Shown here in pieces: positions 8,512-15,656 of a stretch of DNA of 32,000 bases. Position 1 is the first letter of the stretch. Each line of letters starts with the position of its first letter. Origin of the DNA: Microcystis aeruginosa NIES-2549 (GTDB lineage Bacteria > Cyanobacteriota > Cyanobacteriia > Cyanobacteriales > Microcystaceae); contig NZ_CP011304.1 of the NCBI RefSeq assembly GCF_000981785.2, positions 3,570,001 to 3,602,000 of the forward strand, given 5' to 3'. The notes under the pieces are model-generated. The model saw only the letters and a list, made by a program, of their open reading frames with translations, was not told the DNA's origin and searched no databases. Made by a program: the position numbers and the translations under genes.

Positions 8512-8715
8512 TCCGCTATCGCCTGATTTGACCATGACAGCAATTTCAGCAGACAAACTACCATTACTGTTTGGGGATGATTCTTCATGGCTTGAGCGGA
8601 CTTAAATTTTAATTCTCTCTCTGTTATCATTCAAATAAAATTCTGAAACCTTCTTGCTTACAATGATTGTCGTGGGTTAACACTTCACCGATTTTTAATC
8701 GTTGCATGACCGTCA

Positions 8716-8928
8716 TTGAAATGCAATCTGTCAGGCTATATTCTTTGTCCGGGCGACGGCGGTATAACTCGAAGCCTATACTACAACCCGGACAGCCTCG
8801 ATCGGGACGTGCTGGAGTTGATCGTCGGCAAGGCGCGTCACGGCGAGACGGGAACGGCGCGCTGTCTGTTCGATAAGTCCTACGGATTGTTGACGAACTT
8901 GCCGGAAGGGAAAGATGAAGAGCGCTAA
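8716..8928 (+). CDS. Hypothetical ORF spanning the AT-rich to GC-rich boundary (possibly a 5-prime-truncated gene)
   Basis: 70-aa ORF. Composition switches abruptly near 8745. No family recognised. Confidence 0.3.
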   Translation: MKCNLSGYILCPGDGGITRSLYYNPDSLDRDVLELIVGKARHGETGTARCLFDKSYGLLTNLPEGKDEER

Positions 8929-8994
8929 AAACGACAATTCGATCCGATCGCCCTCCGGCGAGTCCTCTACCGTCCCGCTGGAGAGCGCCGGAAC

Positions 8995-9040
8995 TTTACT
9001 AGGGGATACGGAAAATAGTACAGGTTTATCCCCTAGTAAA
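8995..9040. promoter_or_regulatory. Perfect 14-bp inverted repeat with an 18-nt loop
   Basis: TTTACTAGGGGATA (8995-9008) pairs with TATCCCCTAGTAAA (9027-9040). This is an AT-rich element in a GC-rich intergenic gap, 50 nt upstream of the GTG at 9090. Confidence 0.6.
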
Positions 9041-9089
9041 TGTTTCTCCTGTTCGTACCTCGATCGATGCGGTTCGACGGAACGGTATT

Positions 9090-9485
9090 GTGGCCGACGG
9101 GCATTACTTCACCGCGGCCGACGCGCGCGAGTGCGAGCGGTACAGGCCGCGGGGGGAACCGGAACCCGTCACCGGGGAAGCTGTCGGGGAAATCGCCCAA
9201 CGTTCGCGGCGACGGCGGGGGCAGGGGTCGGGATACCTGTTAACCCGCTACTCCCAGGCGCGAAAGTACGGGCAGAAGTACCCGCAGACTTACTATCAGG
9301 TCGAGTTCGGCAAACGGAAGCGATCGATCTTTATCCCCTCGATCGAGGTGGAGAAGATCCGCGCTCTCGATCGCGAGGGGGTCGCGGTGATGGCGGTGCT
9401 GGAAGCGATCGATTCCCCGAAGGCGCGGGAAGTGCTGGGGGAATATAGAAGCTTTTTAGCCGAAAAATCGAGAATAAGCCAATGA
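9090..9485 (+). CDS. Hypothetical protein (GC-rich block)
   Basis: 131-aa ORF with a GTG start. Its stop overlaps the next start (ATGA at 9482-9485), which implies translational coupling. Confidence 0.55.
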   Translation: MADGHYFTAADARECERYRPRGEPEPVTGEAVGEIAQRSRRRRGQGSGYLLTRYSQARKYGQKYPQTYYQVEFGKRKRSIFIPSIEVEKIRALDREGVAVMAVLEAIDSPKAREVLGEYRSFLAEKSRISQ

Positions 9486-9985
9486 ATACCCGAAAAATTC
9501 AAACCATCAGCCTGTGGCAACCCTGGGCATCTCTGATCCCCCTGCTCCTCAAAGGGTACGAGACGAGGGAATGGGCGACGAACTACCTCGGGGTACTGGC
9601 CATCCACGCCGCTAAACGTCCGGTCTGTAAAGAGGGAAAACGGCTGATCGCTTATCTGAATGAATTACTCGGACGAACCATCGATCCGGAACGATTACCG
9701 TTAGGGGCGCTCGTGGCACTTACCGATCTGACCGATTGTTCGCGGATGGTATCCGGGGAGAGTTCGATCGAATCCTCTGTAGGGGGAACGATCGCCATCG
9801 AGTCGGTTTCGGAACTAGAGCGCGCCGTCGGTGATTGGCGATCGGGCCGGTACGCTTGGAAGCTGGAAAATGCCCGGTCTATCGATCCGATTCCCTATTC
9901 GGGAAGACAACGGCTGTTCACCGCGGAAATACCGCTATCGCTTTTCGATCGAGCCGAAAGCGGGGGAATATCGCCAGTATCTTAG
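9482..9985 (+). CDS. ASCH-domain (PUA-like) protein
   Basis: SLWQPWASLI..GYETREW.T.Y.G.LAIHA resembles the N-terminal signature of ASCH-domain proteins, which are common in prophages. Confidence 0.6.
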   Translation: MNTRKIQTISLWQPWASLIPLLLKGYETREWATNYLGVLAIHAAKRPVCKEGKRLIAYLNELLGRTIDPERLPLGALVALTDLTDCSRMVSGESSIESSVGGTIAIESVSELERAVGDWRSGRYAWKLENARSIDPIPYSGRQRLFTAEIPLSLFDRAESGGISPVS

Positions 9986-10007
9986 GGAAAAGTTAGGAGT
10001 AAAAGCG

Positions 10008-10211
10008 ATGATTCATAAAGTGCTGATGCCCGATGGAATGACCCCCGCGACTTGCGAGGCGTGGATGATCGCCCACCCCGGCTTTAACGCGGGTTACGAA
10101 ACGGGGGATTTAATCGATTTGGAGGAAGGTATCTTCGTTCTCGATGATGAGCTTGTACCGTGGAGGTTCGCCACCGATGAGGAAATCGATCGGGCGATCG
10201 AGGAAACGTGA
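10008..10211 (+). CDS. Hypothetical 67-aa protein
   Basis: This ATG is in frame within track ORF 9831-10211 and is preceded by GGAG. The upstream part of the track ORF overlaps the ASCH gene. Confidence 0.45.
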   Translation: MIHKVLMPDGMTPATCEAWMIAHPGFNAGYETGDLIDLEEGIFVLDDELVPWRFATDEEIDRAIEET

Positions 10212-10336
10212 GCGCGAGATAATCCTGAAACTGTCCGATGCCTCGATCTAGTCTAAAAACCTTGGTTGATCGTGCTGTGTCGTGATCACAACACACCGTG
10301 TAGTCAATAGATTTACTCAAGAGTGAATTCAATGAA

Positions 10337-11749
10337 TTAAAATCCTTTACTCGGCTGAACCCAAAACCGATAGCCTGTCGCGTTCGTAAGTGCAACGGCG
10401 AATTGTTCCGCTTCTTGGGTAGAGGTAAAACTGGCGGTTTGTACATTACCATCTTTACGAATAAAGCTATCCGCACAATATCTATTTTTAACTATATTGT
10501 AAGCTTGTCTATCTCCTACAACGGCATACCATTGTGAACCACTGCCAGGAGGAGATCCGCAAGTAGCTTGATAGGAAAGGTTAACAACTGGAGAGGAAGG
10601 AACAGAGGGGGTTGACGGGGTTCGGTTCCTCGATTGAATACTACAATATCCTAACAATGCGAGAGGGATAGCGATTAATAACAGATATATCCAGCCAGAG
10701 CTATTACTAGAGCTATTAGATTGGCTTCTAATTTCATCGTTGTCAAAACTTTTTTTAATTTGTTCGGCTTCCATTCGTGCCAAGGCAGATCTTTTATAAA
10801 AAATTGCCAATCGATTATCTGGTTCGAGATTTAAGCAACTTTCACAACATTCAATCGCTTGTTTATATTGTTTCAATTCTAAAAAAGCTTTTCCTTTTAT
10901 AGCCCAAGCATCAGCCCAGCCAGGCTGTATTTGCAAGCATCTATCACAACAGTAAACTGCCTCATCATATTTTTTTAATTCTGATAAGCTTTCAGCTTTT
11001 TTACACCAAGCTTCATAATTGTCAGGCTCGATTTCGATCACTTTTTCAATAGAATTAATAGATTCTTGATATTTTTCTAATTCAAAACAAACGAAGCTTT
11101 TTAAATGCCAAGTATTAGAATTATTAGAATCTAAATTGAGTGATTGATTATAAGATTCTAAAGCTTCTTCATGTCTTCCCATTAAAGACAATACCATACC
11201 TTTAATTCGTAAGCTTTCAGAATCTTTCGGTTCGATTTTTAAAGCAGTTTCTAGACAGTTTAGAGAATCTTCATAGTTGTCTAATTTGAATAAAGCACAT
11301 CCTTTATTATGCCAAGCATCAGCATGATTTGAATTGTACTTTATTGCTTGATCGAACGCAAAAATTGCTTCATTTAAATCCCCAATGTTCATTAAGGATA
11401 GCCCTAAAATATACCAAGAACCTTCATGATCTGGCATATTCTCTATCGCATTTTTACAGGCGGTAATCGCTTGTTGATCGTTTCCTAAGCAAGACCAACA
11501 AACAGCAAGATTATACCAAGTTTCAAAATTATATAAAGGTTCATGATGATTCGGGAGTATTTTTAAAGCTTCTTCAAATGAATTGATAGCTTCTTGATAT
11601 CTATGTAATTTTAATAAAGCGATACCTTTCCGAGTGAAAGACAATGGAGTTTCAGAGTATAAAACCTCATTAAAACAAGCTATTGCTTCTTCATATTGAC
11701 CAGCTTCTAATAAATTAACACCTTGCCGATAAACTTGTTTGCTGTCCAT
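10337..11749 (-). CDS. TPR-repeat membrane protein with a C-terminal extracytoplasmic SPOR-like domain
   Basis: About 9 TPR units (..YEEAI.CF..AL...P......W...) are followed by one TM helix (GWIYLLLIAIPLALLGYCSI) and a Pro/Ser linker. The C-terminal WYAVVG....ADSFIRKDGNVQTASFTSTQEAEQFA pattern resembles SPOR domains. Confidence 0.75.
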   Translation of the reverse strand: MDSKQVYRQGVNLLEAGQYEEAIACFNEVLYSETPLSFTRKGIALLKLHRYQEAINSFEEALKILPNHHEPLYNFETWYNLAVCWSCLGNDQQAITACKNAIENMPDHEGSWYILGLSLMNIGDLNEAIFAFDQAIKYNSNHADAWHNKGCALFKLDNYEDSLNCLETALKIEPKDSESLRIKGMVLSLMGRHEEALESYNQSLNLDSNNSNTWHLKSFVCFELEKYQESINSIEKVIEIEPDNYEAWCKKAESLSELKKYDEAVYCCDRCLQIQPGWADAWAIKGKAFLELKQYKQAIECCESCLNLEPDNRLAIFYKRSALARMEAEQIKKSFDNDEIRSQSNSSSNSSGWIYLLLIAIPLALLGYCSIQSRNRTPSTPSVPSSPVVNLSYQATCGSPPGSGSQWYAVVGDRQAYNIVKNRYCADSFIRKDGNVQTASFTSTQEAEQFAVALTNATGYRFWVQPSKGF

Positions 11750-11770
11750 GATGAAATCCTTCTATATCCC

Positions 11771-11933
11771 GGCTCTACCGAACCTGTCATGTAAAACTAT
11801 CAACAACTCATGCTTGTAAAGCTTGTATACTAAGGCTTTGAGTTTTTGTTAGATTGATATTTATCAACTTTGGAGCATTGCTGGGCAGAGAGAAAACTTG
11901 AGGAATTTTCTACAGTGTAAGTTCGGAAGAACC
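11771..11933. mobile_element. 163-bp ISL3-derived MITE (copy 2, inverted relative to copy 1) with an 8-bp target duplication
   Basis: Flanked by TATATCCC at 11763-11770 and 11934-11941. Its termini match the IS at 29856-31272. Confidence 0.9.
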
Positions 11934-12155
11934 TATATCCCTAACCAATAAAAATTTCCAATCTGTTTGAAAAATCTTTTATAAGCCTATTGGTGTATGA
12001 ATTTTAGCTTTATCGCTCAAGACTCTTGTCCCTCAAATCTTCGAGGGACTTTCCAAACCGCTCCTTAGATGTTTAATAACGTCTTCAAGATCTGCTATCG
12101 AGCCTTGTTATGCGTCACGCGACAGAACTCGCACGCATTTCGATATCGAAATTAA

Positions 12156-12302
12156 CTATTTTTTCTTACTCCGATGATCGGCCAGTTTATTCTGTAAATC
12201 GAACCGAGCATCTTCCAGCGTATTCCCATAGCCGTGTATGCCCGTTTCAGTATCCTTACAGTAATAACCACCGTAAATCGATTTTCCCGACTCGATCGCC
12301 AT
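12156..12302 (-). CDS. Possible 48-aa HicB-like (UPF0150) antitoxin-family protein
   Basis: MAIESGKSIYGGYYCKDTETGIHGYGNTLEDARFDLQNKLADHRSKKK has the GGY...G..G.T.E(D/E)A pattern. SD GGAGAG lies 8 nt upstream. It is absent from the ORF track because it is under 60 aa. Confidence 0.3.
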   Translation of the reverse strand: MAIESGKSIYGGYYCKDTETGIHGYGNTLEDARFDLQNKLADHRSKKK

Positions 12303-12510
12303 AAGTACGCTCTCCTATTTTTTCGTTTTATGGTAGAGGGTATCGGGAACCTCGAAAAATACAATCCTTATGGAGAATTAGCCCATTGACATAAGGCTTG
12401 GATGCTCGTTCCGTTGGCGGTAAGCTAATTATTCGAGGTTCCTGATCGATTGTGTTCTGTAGATAGCTTATCCAACTCAACTTGAAAGATCTCAGCACTT
12501 TAGAAATATT

Positions 12511-13592
12511 TATAGCGGGTTTCAGTTGAATGAGGTACAGCATGGATGACTAGGTAGGCTCTTTAAAAGGGGTATCGCAATAGCAACAATGGGTAAACCA
12601 GTGATGGATGTCTCGCAATGTAATCTGACTAAAGGCTTGAACGATCGCTTTTTCTAGATCAGCATAGGTACGAGGTGACATAGAACGAATCAGTATTTTC
12701 ACTTTCGACCAACAGTTTTCAATGGGAGAAAAATCGGGAGAATAGGGAGGTAAAAACTCCAGTCTAGCACCGACTTCTTGAAGAATTGGTTCGAGGGTTT
12801 CTTTTTGATGAATCGAAGCATTATCCATTAATACACAAGCTCCTTTCCACAAGTTTGGAACTAATAATGTAGCAATAAATGCTTCAAATATTAAACCATT
12901 TGCGGCTCCAAATACATTGATAAAAGCCAGCAAGCCTTTGAGCGCTATCGCTCCAATTATCGTGACGTTTTTTCCTCGGTTTAACGGAACTGAATCATAC
13001 ACTCTCTGACCTTTTTCAGCCCTGCCATAAAGTCTTGTCATCCCTAGATTAGAGCCAGACTCGTCAACGAAAACCAAATCTTCCGCTCTAACATCTCGGA
13101 TTTTCTCCCAATATTCTTCTCTTAATTTTTGCACTCTTTCCGTGTCTCTTTCCCTAGCGTGTAAGCTTTTTTTTTTGAGTTAAATTTAGCCGTTTTAAAA
13201 TTCTACTGATTGTTGAGTTACTCACCACCGTCTGTGTTTTTTCCTCAATTTGTTTTCTTAACTCGTCTAAGGTGGCATCTTTCTTTTCTTGGACTAAATC
13301 GCCCAGCAAGATAATTTCGTCGCTCTTAAGCTTGAGTTTTTGTCCTCCACCATGCGGTCAGGGATTTAGATTTCCTGTTTCACGCCACTGCTTGATTAGT
13401 TTCTGGATAAAGCTTAAAGCTACTCTAAATCTTTTGGCTAACTCACGTTGTGAGAGGTTATTCTCCTCGTAGGTCTCGATGATCTTTTGTCGCAAGTCTA
13501 AAGAATAGGGCTTCATCGGGTCGTGGCTCCTGCCTAGGTCTATAATTTATTGTCCTCTTCTATTGTACCTCATGCAAGTGCATACCGCTATA
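12511..13592 (-). mobile_element. IS630-family insertion sequence, copy A (decayed)
   Basis: Inverted repeats are TATAGCGGGTTTCAGTTGAATGAGGTACA and TGTACCTCATGCAAGTGCATACCGCTATA. TA lies at both ends. It encodes an HTH plus DDE transposase. Confidence 0.85.
12550..13516 (-). pseudogene. IS630 transposase with an in-frame TGA and a frame break at an A10 run
   Basis: The N-terminal HTH (MKPYSLDLRQKII...) hits TGA at codon 53 (13358-13360). The frame changes at the T10/A10 run 13167-13176. The DDE part (VFVDESG...DNASIH...PPYSPDFSPIENCW) is ORF 12550-13134. Confidence 0.8.
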
Positions 13593-13633
13593 AGCCCTAT
13601 TTTCTGTGAGCAAATCTGACCTACTGAGCAATA

Positions 13634-13738
13634 ATACTAAATCCTGTTTAAAAAGTATAGGAGAGTGGGGAGCAGGGGCAAGAGGGAAGAGGTAAAAAGG
13701 GCAATAGATAATCAGTATTTAATAAACGGATTTAGTAT
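13634..13738. repeat. Inverted repeat pair enclosing a purine-rich 72-nt core (MITE-like or structured RNA)
   Basis: ATACTAAATCCTGTTTA (13634-13650) pairs with TAAACGGATTTAGTAT (13723-13738), with a one-nucleotide bulge. The core is GGAGAGTGGGGAGCAGGGGCAAGAGGGAAGAGG. Confidence 0.45.
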
Positions 13739-13755
13739 CACACCAGCTGCCATCT

Positions 13756-13776
13756 GGGGCGCGAGCTTTGCGCCCC
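13756..13776 (-). terminator. GC-rich hairpin downstream of the DUF2252 gene
   Basis: GGGGCGC-GAGCTTT-GCGCCCC lies 47 nt past the stop of the minus-strand gene. No clear U-tract follows. Confidence 0.35.
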
Positions 13777-13822
13777 TAATCTAAGGTCGAAAAATAACAG
13801 ACTGATAGCTGAGAGCTTAACC

Positions 13823-15217
13823 CTATAAATTTTCTTCTACCAAAGCCTCGACCCGTCCTGTTTTGACCGCTTCCACCAAAGCGGCGTGATCTTGTTCTGT
13901 CTGCTCGGCATAAGCGATCGCAAATTCGCCCAGGGCTAGATCGAACTGATCTCCTTTCCCCAAATAACCGCTAATGGTGGCCGCGTCTCCAGATTTGGCG
14001 TGGGCGCGGGCCAAGGTCCAGCCACAGAACTCGGCGTAGCGTTGCAGTTGGACGGCCGATACTCCTTCAATGGGTAGAGAAAACTTCATATCCCGCAGTT
14101 GCCGTAAATAGAAGTTGTTGCCCCCTCTTCCCCGGGTCCAGCCTAAAAATATGTCGCTAGAGGATTGCATCAATCTCTGGCCTGTAACCACCCGTTGTCC
14201 CTGATTTTCATACTGGCTCTTGGCGGTATAGGGTTCCAGAACCGAAGGGCAAGCCTCCTTAACTTGTAGGATGAGGGGATGGTTATCTTCCGAGAACAAT
14301 AGGGCGATATAACATCTGGTGCCGACACTGCCAATGCCCACCACTTTCAGGGCAAAGTCCTCTAACTGGTAGCGATCGAACAGGACCCGGCGTTCCTCCG
14401 GCAGGGATTGGCGATAATCTTCCAGACCCTCGCGCACGAGAGTCTCCCAATCCGGTTCGTTGACATGGTAGAGAATGGGCGGCTGATCGACAAAGCGATT
14501 GCGTCCCCCGCTTTGGGTGACGATCTTGGGGTAGAGATGTTCGATGATGCGCTCGCGGGCCTTTGTCATCATCTGTTCCCGTATCTTGCGTGTCTTTTCG
14601 TCGGGAGCCATCTCGAGCACCTGTTCCACTCCTATGCGCGTGTACCACACCTCTAAGGGACTGAGGCGAGAATATTCCCGCAGGTGTTCCCGATAGGAAC
14701 GAGCGCAATCGATCGCCGCTGCCTTCGATTCTCGATCGGATAGATCGCTATCCCTGCCGGCGATGACAAAGCTGACCACGAGACGCTTGAGATCCCATTC
14801 CCAAGGTGCGGGCAGGGTTTCGTCGAAATCGTTAATATCGAAGACTAAATTGCGTTCGGGGGTGGCAAAAAATCCGAAGTTCAAGAGGTGGCAATCTCCG
14901 CAGGCCTGCACGATAATGTCAGTTTTGGGAGTGGTGGCCAGATCGTAGGCCATCAAAGCAGCGGAACCGCGCAGAAAGGTAAAGGGACTCCGCAACATTC
15001 GTCCGTAGCGGATGGGAATCAATTCCTGTAATCGCCCTCGATTTGATGCTTCGATGATCTCGATCGGCTCTCGACCAGCTGCGGGGGGTTGCCAGATAGC
15101 GTGGCTAGAACGCGGCAATCGCTCCCGCAGGGATTTACCCATCTGGATGCGTTCTTCCCGTGAACGGAATCGAGCTTGAGAGGTTGACCGGATCGGGGTT
15201 TCTATTTGGTGGTTCAT
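13823..15217 (-). CDS. DUF2252-family protein
   Basis: IPIRYGRMLRSPFTFLRGSAALMAYDLA..., CGDCHLLNFG and NLVFDINDFDETLPAPWEWDLKRL match my recollection of DUF2252 conserved blocks. Confidence 0.7.
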   Translation of the reverse strand: MNHQIETPIRSTSQARFRSREERIQMGKSLRERLPRSSHAIWQPPAAGREPIEIIEASNRGRLQELIPIRYGRMLRSPFTFLRGSAALMAYDLATTPKTDIIVQACGDCHLLNFGFFATPERNLVFDINDFDETLPAPWEWDLKRLVVSFVIAGRDSDLSDRESKAAAIDCARSYREHLREYSRLSPLEVWYTRIGVEQVLEMAPDEKTRKIREQMMTKARERIIEHLYPKIVTQSGGRNRFVDQPPILYHVNEPDWETLVREGLEDYRQSLPEERRVLFDRYQLEDFALKVVGIGSVGTRCYIALLFSEDNHPLILQVKEACPSVLEPYTAKSQYENQGQRVVTGQRLMQSSSDIFLGWTRGRGGNNFYLRQLRDMKFSLPIEGVSAVQLQRYAEFCGWTLARAHAKSGDAATISGYLGKGDQFDLALGEFAIAYAEQTEQDHAALVEAVKTGRVEALVEENL

Positions 15218-15268
15218 AGCGACTTTTTCCCCTGAATGAGATTACATCCCTTGCTGTTAGATGACTAA

Positions 15269-15470
15269 TTGACATCCTCGCCGCCCTAAAAGTGCGGCGA
15301 TTCCTAAACCTCACGATTTAAGTTTCTGCTTCCACCACCGTCGCATACCACAGTTAAAAAACCATGTACTGTCTTACACAGAGTCCACAGACTTTCGCCC
15401 CATTTCAGAAGCCCGATTCCGTGTGTCCCACGGTACGTTGACCGCCTATAGCTTCTTGTACTTGTTGCGC
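15269..15470 (-). other. Remnant of an IS200/IS605-type TnpB 3-prime end / omega-RNA-like scaffold
   Basis: The minus strand reads ..AIGGQRTVGHTESG.. (a TnpB C-terminal TVGHT-type motif) broken by stops. It ends in GAA-TCGCCGC-ACTTTTAGG-GCGGCGA-GGATGTCAA, a terminal hairpin plus GTCAA end as I recall at TnpB element right ends. Confidence 0.3.
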
Positions 15471-15548
15471 GCGACTTTTTACCCAGCCAAGCTTTTCTGG
15501 TCGGAACCCCCTAAGCCGAGTTTTCAAGGCTTCGGCCGTGAGCTCAGG

Positions 15549-15582
15549 CTTCGACGGTGAGCTCAGCCGAACCGCCGAACGG
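15549..15582 (-). repeat. Dispersed 34-nt GC-rich repeat (copy 1, with an adjacent 19-nt half-copy at 15530-15548)
   Basis: Its reverse complement, CCGTTCGGCGGTTCGGCTGAGCTCACCGTCGAAG, matches 23478-23511 with 2 substitutions and 1 indel. Confidence 0.7.
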
Positions 15583-15656
15583 TGCTGCGCCGTCCACTTG
15601 GTTTTCGAGACTGGCCTTTTAATTCTAACGTAAAGCCAACCTAGAACGGCGGGGTT

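Noticed and set aside
8915-9607. ORFs 8915-9448, 9040-9243 (plus strand) and 9296-9607 (minus strand) in the GC-rich block
   Set aside because: Their Arg/Gly/Ala-rich translations are typical of off-frame reading of GC-rich DNA. They overlap the better-supported, translationally coupled 9090-9485/9482-9985 genes.
4431-11933. The two inverted MITE copies as ends of a 7.5-kb composite transposon carrying the island
   Set aside because: Copy 2 carries its own perfect 8-bp duplication (TATATCCC) on both of its sides, so it inserted alone. The outer flanks (ATTTTTAA on the left, TATATCCC on the right) do not match each other.
12328-12543. 71-aa minus-strand ORF upstream of the HicB-like ORF, considered as a possible HicA toxin
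   Set aside because: It runs across the IS630 terminal inverted repeat. It lacks the HicA GSH motif pattern and is probably fortuitous.
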